Positions 1-7,464 of a stretch of DNA of 60,670 bases are shown piece by piece; positions within the stretch are counted from its first letter, which is position 1; every line of letters begins with the position of its first letter. The translations under genes were made by a program, and so were the position numbers. This DNA comes from a bacterium. GTDB taxonomy: Bacteria; CLD3. The stretch spans positions 1 to 60,670 of the forward strand of contig JADZEA010000103.1 of NCBI GenBank assembly GCA_020850775.1, given 5' to 3'. The notes beneath the pieces were generated by a model. It was not told where the DNA came from, made no database searches, and worked only from the letters and a program-made list of their open reading frames with translations.

Positions 1-243
1 AAAGAAATCGCTCTTGTACGAAAAGAAGTTGACGTAAAAACTTCTGAAATCAAAAGAGAAATCGAAACTAAAATCGCTGAAACGAACAAAGAAATCGCTC
101 TTGTACGAAAAGAAGTTGACGTAAAAATTTCAGGTGTTGAAACCAAAATTGTTGAAGCTAAAAATTCAACAATTATTTGGATTATTGGTTCTTTAGGATT
201 ACTACAAACCATTTTCAAGGCTTTAGACTATTTTCTAAAGTAA
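1..243 (+). CDS. 3' end of a coiled-coil protein with a C-terminal transmembrane helix (DUF1640/CCDC90-like); the 5' end lies outside the window
   Basis: Frame 1 is open from nt 1 to TAA 241-243: KEIALVRKEVDVKTSEIKREIETKIAETNKEIALVRKEVDVKISGVETKIVEAKNSTIIWIIGSLGLLQTIFKALDYFLK*. Charged heptad-like repeats are followed by one hydrophobic helix. It is absent from the ORF track because there is no start codon in the window. Confidence 0.5.
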   Translation, partial: KEIALVRKEVDVKTSEIKREIETKIAETNKEIALVRKEVDVKISGVETKIVEAKNSTIIWIIGSLGLLQTIFKALDYFLK

Positions 244-263
244 ATTTTTAATGTTCAAAAATC

Positions 264-2588
264 CTACTTCACAAACAGCATTCTTTTAGTTTGGTTGAAG
301 TTGCCACTTTCAAGCCTGTAAAAATAAACTCCTGAACCTACTAAATTCCCATTAGAATCTGTTCCGTTCCAAACAACCGAGCCTTTTTGGTTTTCAAGTT
401 CAAAGTTTTTCACTTCCTCACCAAGAACATTGAAAATAATCAACTTTGCTTTCTCTAAATTTTTAATTTCATAATTAATCGTTGTAGTTGGATTAAACGG
501 GTTCGGGAAATTCTGCGAAAGTGAAAATTTTATTGGAAACTGTTCGTTGTTTTCCAAAATTTCCAAAGGCAAGTTCAACCCATTTGGAGTTGGTTGTAAA
601 AATTGCCAATTGTTGCTTGCGTCTGGTGAACGTCCAAAAGAAACATCAGCGGTTTGATTTCCAAAAACAATTTCATCAAGGATTGTAACTCCATTATTTT
701 CAACAAATAAAATGGTTTCCCCACCTGCACTAAGTTTAAAGTTTGTGTGTAAAATTCCTTGTGTTAAATCATTGTCGCACCAAACTAACAAACGTTCTCC
801 AGCTAAAATTGTAACACCTGGAAATTGCCATTTTGTTAGGTTTGTTGCGTCGTCAGTCAGGAATTTTCCACTCAAAACAAAGTCAGCAGAAGTCGGATTG
901 TAAAGTTCAATCCAATCATCAAACTCACCTGCCTCGTCTGTGTTGATTGTGTTGTTTTGGGCTAAAAACTCGTTAATCACAACTTTTGTCGTGTCAGCAA
1001 ACGGAGTTTGTAAATCTATTTTTTTTGTTTTCGGGTAAGTTTCGTTTTGTGAGTTCACATCGCTTGCAAAAATTTGAAACGCACCAAAACCATTGTTCCC
1101 TAAAGGTGCAATTTTTCCAATCCAACGGTCTGCTTCCTCAACTTTTTTGGTTTGCAGAACTGGTGAGAAAACCATTGGAAAATCGGTGCTTGTTGTGGAA
1201 TTTTGATTGTAAAATTTTATTTTTACTTCGTTCAGGTTAACGTTGCTAAAAGCAGAAACAACAACAGTAATTGAATCCGTTGGCAAAGGATTTTCAGGTG
1301 AAAAATCAATTGCGTAAACAATTGGTTTTGCATTTTGGAAGTTAGTTTGCCCGTTTAAAGTTGAATTTCTTTCGTTAATAAATTGTTTTAAGCCTTTTTT
1401 AACGTGCTGGTTTGAGTAACTTGCAGAAGAGTAAGAATTGCTGAAATCACTCATTGTAAAGCCGTAATCAAGAGTTCTGAAAGTGTCAGTTGCTGCAAAA
1501 GGTGTGATTAAAGTCTTCAAATTGTTTAAGTTTGTTTCCCAGGGTGGAAGGTAGAGAGTGCTTTTGTAAAACAGTAAAAAATGCGTGTAAAGGTTACGAA
1601 ACTTTGCGTTTGCCAAAAGTTTTGTTGCCAAAGGTCTCGGTTCCGTCGTTGCAAAAGTGTAAGGGTTAACGTTTGCCCAATTCGTTCCGAACCAATCAAT
1701 TCCGAAAGTGTTGTCGTAATCGTAAGGAATCAGGTGGAATTTTTGGGTTTGCGGTTCGTGGTAAAGGTAGTAATTATTTTTCAAAAACCAGTAACTGTCC
1801 CAACCTCCAACTAAAACATTAATTGCAAAATACTTTAAGACCTCGGGAACTTCCAGGATTTTCTCAAGCGAATCCTCTAAAAGCGTTGCAGAAGTGTTGT
1901 TTACGACTTTAATTAACCTTGCAAGTTGTGAGTAATCGTCAGCATTTTCGTTAGTTTTCAAATCGTAAGCTCTTCTGCCATTGTTTTCAAACTTGTAAAG
2001 ATTTGGGTCATTTCCAAGGTAAACAAGGTCTGCGGGCCACAAACATTTCCATAAATTTCCTGATTTATCATCAAAGTTTTTTTGCAAAAATTCATCGTCA
2101 ACGTGTTCAACTGAAATGTAAAGCCCGTAGTAAACTCCATTCACGTAAACTGCACAATGAGAAGCACGGCTTGATTTCATTCCAATTGAATTGAACAAAT
2201 CCCAGCAAAGTTTGCTTCTGATGATTGACGGGTCGTTGTGTTCACCGTTTAGGTTTAGTTTTTCAACGCTGTAAAATTTTTTACCGGGAACGAACTCGTT
2301 AAACGAAAGCTGAAACGACTTTTTGTCAGCATCTAAAGAAGTGTTTCCGCGAAGTCCGAAACCAGTTGAATCTATTGTTGTGTCAATGTAAGCATTTGTA
2401 AAATGGACACTTGCGTAACTCATTGAATCACTGTAAATATTTTGGTAAAGCCAATTCAGGAAATTTGGGTTTACAGTAATTTCAACAGTTGCAACTTGTG
2501 AATCATCGTAGATTTTCCAACTTTGGTCATCAGCAAAGAGAAACTTTTGAGAATGGAAAAGGAAAAAAAATATAATTAGCAAATTCAT
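264..2588 (-). CDS. Secreted CotH-family protein (atypical kinase fold) with a lamin-tail domain and a T9SS C-terminal sorting domain
   Basis: N-terminal signal-like MNLLIIFFFLFHSQKFLFA. CotH-type motifs: LNLNGEHNDPSIIRSKLCWDLF, AVYVNGVYYGLYISVEHVDDEFL, IPYDYDNTFG. LTD-like: VVINEFLAQN...FDDWIELYNPTSADFVLSGKFLTDD. T9SS CTD: NFPNPFNPTTTINYEI...SGVYFYRLESGNFNQTKRMLFVK. TAG stop. Confidence 0.8.
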   Translation of the reverse strand: MNLLIIFFFLFHSQKFLFADDQSWKIYDDSQVATVEITVNPNFLNWLYQNIYSDSMSYASVHFTNAYIDTTIDSTGFGLRGNTSLDADKKSFQLSFNEFVPGKKFYSVEKLNLNGEHNDPSIIRSKLCWDLFNSIGMKSSRASHCAVYVNGVYYGLYISVEHVDDEFLQKNFDDKSGNLWKCLWPADLVYLGNDPNLYKFENNGRRAYDLKTNENADDYSQLARLIKVVNNTSATLLEDSLEKILEVPEVLKYFAINVLVGGWDSYWFLKNNYYLYHEPQTQKFHLIPYDYDNTFGIDWFGTNWANVNPYTFATTEPRPLATKLLANAKFRNLYTHFLLFYKSTLYLPPWETNLNNLKTLITPFAATDTFRTLDYGFTMSDFSNSYSSASYSNQHVKKGLKQFINERNSTLNGQTNFQNAKPIVYAIDFSPENPLPTDSITVVVSAFSNVNLNEVKIKFYNQNSTTSTDFPMVFSPVLQTKKVEEADRWIGKIAPLGNNGFGAFQIFASDVNSQNETYPKTKKIDLQTPFADTTKVVINEFLAQNNTINTDEAGEFDDWIELYNPTSADFVLSGKFLTDDATNLTKWQFPGVTILAGERLLVWCDNDLTQGILHTNFKLSAGGETILFVENNGVTILDEIVFGNQTADVSFGRSPDASNNWQFLQPTPNGLNLPLEILENNEQFPIKFSLSQNFPNPFNPTTTINYEIKNLEKAKLIIFNVLGEEVKNFELENQKGSVVWNGTDSNGNLVGSGVYFYRLESGNFNQTKRMLFVK

Positions 2589-2700
2589 TTTTAGCTTTCT
2601 TTCAATTTTTACTTAAATTTAAGGCAGTTGAGAATAAAAAACTAATCTAAAAGTTTTAAAAAAACCAGTGTTAACCTTTCACCAAACAGACTAAAAATTT

Positions 2701-4887
2701 ATGAGCAAAAAACCTAACGACTTACTTTTCCCAATTTTACTGACTATTTTTGCGGTTTTACTAACTATCATTATTCAAGTAACAAACCTTTTTGAAAAAG
2801 TAGAACTAAAACTTTACGATTACAGAATGCTTTTTCGTGGTGAGCTTTCAACTGAAAAATCAGACATAATTTTAATTGACATCAACGATGACACTTGTTT
2901 AGAACTTGGCGAAAGGTTCCCAATTTCACGAAATCTTTACGCAAAATTGATTGATAACTTAACCAAAGCAGGAATAAAATTGATTGTTTTTGACATTCAG
3001 TTTACAGAACCAGACAACAAAAACCCGGAATTTGACAAAGAACTTGCAGAATCCATAAAAAATTCAGGGAAAGTAATTTCCGCAGGAAAGTTTTTTTACG
3101 AGGTTCAAAACGGAAATTTTATGCCTGTTGAAGTTAGACCAATCCCGGAAATTGAAGAAGCAAGTCTTGATTGGGGAACTGTTAACGAGCTAAAAGATTC
3201 TGACGACGTTTCCCGGAACTACAACCTTTACGTCCAACGGACAAACGGCTCAGCTAAACTTTCCTTAGGTTTGCAAGTGATTAAAAATATTTTTCAAGTG
3301 TCTAAAAATGAAAATGTTAAGTTTGAAGAGGGTTTTTTTACTTACGGAAAATTAAAAATCCCGCAAAGTACAGGAACAAATTTTCTAATCAATTACTACG
3401 GAAAAATACAGGCTTTTAAGGTTTGGAACTTTTCTAATCTGATTGACACCTGGGATTTTGACTTGCAACCCGACGTAAACGGACAAGAAACAGACACAGA
3501 TTTTATGGATTTGTACATCGGAGATTTTGAGGGAATTCCCGATTCAATCAGGAAAGAAATTGAGGCAAAAAACCCGTTTAAAGATAAAATTGCAATTGTT
3601 GGAGTTTCGCTTGCAGAAGCACACGATTTGAAACTTACACCTTTCTCTGATTCAGACGGACACAGAATTTTAATGCCAGGTTTTGAAACTCACGCACACG
3701 CAATCCAAACAATGCTTGACAATAATTTTATCACAAAATTTTCAAATGGTTATACTTTTTGGCTAATAATTTTATTGCTTGGGTTGTTGGTTAGTTTGAT
3801 AGTTGTCAAAATGAAAAATCCATTGTTGGCATTTTTAGTCGTTTTGCTGATTAGTTTTTCTCATTTTTTAGGTTCTTTCTGGGCTTTTCAGAAATTCAAT
3901 TTTGCCATAAACATTGTTTCGTTTCAGTTTGTGATTTTGATAAGCTGGATTTCACAAAGCACTTACAAACTTGTTCTTGCAATCAAAGAACGCAGGCAAA
4001 TTGAAGGAATGTTTGGACACTACCTTCATCCAAAAGTGATTGAACAGCTAAAAAGTAATCCTCAACAACTTAATCTTGGCGGTGAAGAAGTTGAAGCAAG
4101 TGTAATTTTTAGTGATGTAAAAGGCTTTACTTCAATTTCTGAAAAGTTAAACAACTACGAACTTGTAGCACTTTTGAACGAATACCTGACAGAAATGTCT
4201 GATTTAATAATGAATGAAATTGGAATTATTGACAAGTACGAAGGCGACGCAATTATGGCAGAATTTGGAATTCCAATTCCTGACAAAGAACACGCAATCC
4301 GTGCTTGTCGTGCTGCTTTAAGAATGAAAATCCGGTTAAAAAAACTTCGTGAAGTTACCTGGAAAAACACAAACAGACCCGAACTTTTTGTGAGAATTGG
4401 TGTTAATTCAGGAAAAATGCTTGCTGGAAACATGGGTTCAAAAAACGTTTTTGATTACACGGTTATGGGCGATGAGGTTAACCTTTCTTCAAGGCTTGAA
4501 GGTGCAAACAAACAATTTGGAACAACTGTGATGATTGGAGAAAACACTTACAAACTTGTAAAAGGGCAATTTTTTATTCGTTTCCTTGGAAACATCAAAG
4601 TAAAAGGTAAAAAAGAGCCTAAACGAGTTTACGAACTGATGGATTTTATTGATTCACCTTTCGCAGAAACTCTTAAAAAAGTCATTTCCTGGTACGAAAA
4701 AGGGCTTGCTTTGTACGTAGAACGAAGGTTTGGTGAAGCAAAACTTGAGTTTGAAAAGTGCATTCCTTTTGAAGTTGTTGACGGGGAACTTTCACCGAGT
4801 TTGGTTTACTCAAGACGTTGCGAAGAATTCACTAAAAATCCTCCGCCAGAAAATTGGGATGACATTACAGAACTTACAGAAAAATAA
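2701..4887 (+). CDS. CHASE2 sensor-domain class III adenylate/guanylate cyclase
   Basis: N-terminal TM helix. CHASE2-like ILIDINDDTCLELGERFPISRNLYAKLIDNLTKAGIKLIVFDIQFTEPD. A TM cluster follows (FWLIILLLGLLVSLIVV...). Cyclase motifs: VIFSDVKGFTSISE, DKYEGDAIMAEFG, RIGVNSGKMLAGNMGS, YTVMGDEVNLSSRLEG. Confidence 0.85.
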   Translation: MSKKPNDLLFPILLTIFAVLLTIIIQVTNLFEKVELKLYDYRMLFRGELSTEKSDIILIDINDDTCLELGERFPISRNLYAKLIDNLTKAGIKLIVFDIQFTEPDNKNPEFDKELAESIKNSGKVISAGKFFYEVQNGNFMPVEVRPIPEIEEASLDWGTVNELKDSDDVSRNYNLYVQRTNGSAKLSLGLQVIKNIFQVSKNENVKFEEGFFTYGKLKIPQSTGTNFLINYYGKIQAFKVWNFSNLIDTWDFDLQPDVNGQETDTDFMDLYIGDFEGIPDSIRKEIEAKNPFKDKIAIVGVSLAEAHDLKLTPFSDSDGHRILMPGFETHAHAIQTMLDNNFITKFSNGYTFWLIILLLGLLVSLIVVKMKNPLLAFLVVLLISFSHFLGSFWAFQKFNFAINIVSFQFVILISWISQSTYKLVLAIKERRQIEGMFGHYLHPKVIEQLKSNPQQLNLGGEEVEASVIFSDVKGFTSISEKLNNYELVALLNEYLTEMSDLIMNEIGIIDKYEGDAIMAEFGIPIPDKEHAIRACRAALRMKIRLKKLREVTWKNTNRPELFVRIGVNSGKMLAGNMGSKNVFDYTVMGDEVNLSSRLEGANKQFGTTVMIGENTYKLVKGQFFIRFLGNIKVKGKKEPKRVYELMDFIDSPFAETLKKVISWYEKGLALYVERRFGEAKLEFEKCIPFEVVDGELSPSLVYSRRCEEFTKNPPPENWDDITELTEK

Positions 4888-4904
4888 GCACTTAATTTTA
4901 TTTT

Positions 4905-5000
4905 TTTCGCTAAGCGTAACTTTCGTCTTAACACGGATTTTTTCACTAACGTAAGCTCCGCCAAGAAGCGTGGATTCCGCAAAAATTTCAGTGAAAGTTA
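4905..5000. repeat. Intergenic repeat family B, two adjacent degenerate units
   Basis: 4958-4980 ccgccaagaagcgtggattccgc matches the reverse complement of 60466-60488 at 22 of 23 positions, and the flanks (cgtaag.., ..tttcagtga) also align. A weaker unit lies just upstream (gcgtaactttcgtcttaacacggattttttcact). A further degenerate copy is at 33017-33069. Confidence 0.5.
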
Positions 5001-5079
5001 AGTTTTTCCATAAAAATCAGTAACAAAAAATTTATTTTTTTCGTTACCTTTGAAAATTAAACTTTAGAAAGGTAAAAAA

Positions 5080-6096
5080 ATGTTTTTTAAAACAATCGCT
5101 ATTTTAGCACTAACAATTTCCCCACTTTTCGCGGGAATTGATTTTGTGAACTCCTCCTTTAATGAAGCACTAAAAACTTCAGCAACCAAAAAACTCCCAC
5201 TAATGCTTTCCATTCACGCTTCCTGGTGAGGACCTTGTAAAAAGTTAGACAGGTTAGTCTACTCGGACAAGGAAATCGGTGAATTTACAAGAACAAATTT
5301 TATAAACCTGAAAATTGACGGAGAAAAAGGTGAAGGTCCTGAAATTATGAAAAAATATGGAGTTAAAGGATTTCCGACAATTTTATTAATTGGCGCAAAC
5401 GGTGAAGAACTGGACAGAACAGTTGGTTTTAGAGAAGTTCCTGAATTTTTAGACGTTTTAAACGGTTTCAAAACAGGAGAAACTCACTTAACAAATTACG
5501 TAAAAAAATTAGGCAAAAACCCTGAAAATCTTGAACTTAACTTTGAACTTGGCAAAAAATACGCTGAAAGAAATGACTCACAAAATGCTAAAATTTACCT
5601 TGCAAAAGTTAGCCAAAAAGCCGAAATAAAATCAGACTTGAAAAAAGAATCGGATTTTTTAATCGCTAAAATGGACTTGGAAGAAGGCAAAACAGGAACA
5701 ATGCAAAAATTTCTTGAAGCTTTTGGTGCAACAGAACAAGGTTTAGAAGGCTTTTTTGATTTAGGACGCTACTTTGAAAAGAAAAAAGAAGTTGATTTTG
5801 CTTACAAAACTTATTCACAACTGATTGAAAATCACCCTGAAAATGCAAACGCTTTAAATGCTTTTGCCTGGTTTTCTGCTGAAAATAATCGTGAACTTGA
5901 AAAGGCACTTGAAATTGCGATTAATGCAGTAAAACTTAGTAATGAAAGCCCACAAATTATTGATACTTTAGCAGAAATTTATTTTAGAATGGGTTTCAAG
6001 CAGGACGCAATTAAAACAATTATGCTTGCAATTGAAAAAGAACCAAACGATAACTACTACAAAGAACAACTCAAAAAATTTGAAGATAAAAAGTAA
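5080..6096 (+). CDS. Secreted thioredoxin-fold + TPR protein with an in-frame TGA (predicted selenocysteine) in the redox motif W-U-G-P-C
   Basis: ATG 5080 is preceded by aaggtaaaaaaa. Same-frame translation: MFFKTIAILALTISPLFAGIDFVNSSFNEALKTSATKKLPLMLSIHASW-TGA(5227-5229)-GPCKKLDRLVYSDKEIGEFTRTNFINLKIDGEKGEGPEIMKKYGVKGFPTILLIGANGEELDRTVGF..., continuous with track ORF 5347..6096 (TPR-like C-terminus). The TGA occupies the first Cys position of the thioredoxin WCGPC motif. A stem-loop follows (5233-5272). Confidence 0.7.
5233..5272 (+). promoter_or_regulatory. Candidate bacterial SECIS stem-loop downstream of the in-frame TGA
   Basis: Outer stem 5233-5238 ccttgt pairs with 5267-5272 acaagg. 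After an internal loop, a5243-t5263 and g5244-c5262 pair, t5245 is bulged, and 5246-5250 tagac pairs with 5257-5261 gtcta. The apical hexaloop is aGGTta (5251-5256). The loop Gs lie about 23-25 nt 3' of the TGA. Confidence 0.5.
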
Positions 6097-6109
6097 GTAA
6101 TTTTTAAAG

Positions 6110-6132
6110 CTACTTCAGAAAAGTGGTTTTTT
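6110..6132 (+). terminator. Putative rho-independent terminator after the Trx-TPR gene
   Basis: ctactt-cagaa-aagtgg hairpin (one G-U pair) followed by tttttt. Confidence 0.4.
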
Positions 6133-6160
6133 ATTGTCATAAAAAATAGGAATTTTAAAA

Positions 6161-7402
6161 ATGAACTCGTATTTAATTTTTGTTTTAGCTGTCTTAATTT
6201 TTAGTGAAATCCTTGATTTGGCAACAAAAATTTTCAACCTGAAATCCTTGTTACCGGAACTCCCTGAAATTTTCAGAGATACTTTCGATGCTGAAAAATA
6301 CGAAAAATCCCAAAATTACACGAAAGTAACGACTAAGTTTTCAATCCTGAAATCTTTAATTTTAACTACTTTAACAATAGTTTTTATACTTTTGGGTGGT
6401 TTTAATTTTGTGGATAATTTTGCGAGAAGTTTTGAACTAAACTCAATTTTTACAGGTTTAATTTTTACAGGAACTCTAATTTTAATTTCATCAGTTTTGA
6501 GTTTGCCTTTCACACTTTACGGAACTTTTGTGATTGAGCAAAAATTTGGTTTTAACAAAACTACTGTAAAAACTTTCATTTCAGACCTTATTAAAGGGTT
6601 GATTTTAGGTGCTTTGATTGGTGGAATACTTTTGAGCATTGTTTTGTGGTTTTTTGAAACTTTTAAAGATTTAGCTTGGGTTTACGCCTGGGTTTCTTTT
6701 GAAATTGTCAGTTTATTTTTGACATTTTTAGCTCCAATTTTAATTATGCCTTTGTTCAACAAGTTTACTCCTTTGTCTGAAGGCAAGCTAAAAACAGCAA
6801 TTGAAACTTACGCAAAACAACAAAATTTTAAGTTACAAGGCATTTTTACGATGGATGGCTCAAAGCGTTCAAGCAAACTAAACGCATTTTTCACAGGTTT
6901 TGGAAAGTTTAGAAGAATTGTTTTTTATGATACTTTAATTGAAAAAATGACAACTGAAGAAATCATTTCAGTTCTTGCCCACGAAATGGGACACTACAAA
7001 CTAAAACACATCACAAAACGGATTTTCACTTCATTTTTAACGACAGGTTTAATGTTTTTTGTGCTTTCGCTTTTTCTGAACAACAAAGAACTTTTTGAGG
7101 CTTTCAAAATGGAAAACATTTCAGTTTACGGAAGTTTAGTATTTTTTGCGTTTCTTTACTCGCCAATAGAATTGATTTTGGGAATTTACGAAAATATTTC
7201 CTCACGCAAACACGAGTTTCAAGCTGATGCTTATTCTGTAACAAGCACAAAAACAATAGAAACAATGGTTTCAGCGTTGAAAAAACTTAGTGCTGAAAAT
7301 CTTTCAAACCTAACTCCTCACCCTTTTTATGTTTTTCTAAACTACTCTCACCCACCAGTTTTACAAAGAATTCAAGCAATTCAGGAAATCAAATTTTCTT
7401 AG
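6161..7402 (+). CDS. M48 family zinc metalloprotease, Ste24/CAAX-protease-like, multi-pass membrane protein
   Basis: Several N-terminal TM helices, HEXXH motif in VLAHEMGHYKLKH, downstream HEFQAD. Length and topology are typical of Ste24-type M48A. Confidence 0.8.
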   Translation: MNSYLIFVLAVLIFSEILDLATKIFNLKSLLPELPEIFRDTFDAEKYEKSQNYTKVTTKFSILKSLILTTLTIVFILLGGFNFVDNFARSFELNSIFTGLIFTGTLILISSVLSLPFTLYGTFVIEQKFGFNKTTVKTFISDLIKGLILGALIGGILLSIVLWFFETFKDLAWVYAWVSFEIVSLFLTFLAPILIMPLFNKFTPLSEGKLKTAIETYAKQQNFKLQGIFTMDGSKRSSKLNAFFTGFGKFRRIVFYDTLIEKMTTEEIISVLAHEMGHYKLKHITKRIFTSFLTTGLMFFVLSLFLNNKELFEAFKMENISVYGSLVFFAFLYSPIELILGIYENISSRKHEFQADAYSVTSTKTIETMVSALKKLSAENLSNLTPHPFYVFLNYSHPPVLQRIQAIQEIKFS

Positions 7403-7403
7403 T

Positions 7404-7441
7404 AAAAAAGGCAAGGTTTTTAAAAACTTTGCCTTTTTTTT
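7404..7441. terminator. Bidirectional terminator between convergent genes
   Basis: aaaaaa-ggcaaggttttt/aaaaactttgcc-tttttttt: a near-perfect 12-nt palindrome flanked by an A-run and a T-run. Confidence 0.6.
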
Positions 7442-7464
7442 AGCTTGTTATTTTTAGAGTTGAA

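Noticed and set aside
5227-5229. The in-frame TGA might indicate a recoded genetic code (TGA = Trp/Gly) or simply a dead gene.
   Set aside because: TGA ends several well-delimited genes at homologue-appropriate lengths (mtnA at 25958, the parvulin at 11795, the ATPase at 48665, the 126-aa ORF at 38884), so it is a normal stop here. A pseudogene cannot be excluded. However, the TGA sits exactly on the first Cys of WCGPC, the rest of the frame is intact, and a SECIS-like hairpin follows, so selenocysteine is the better reading.
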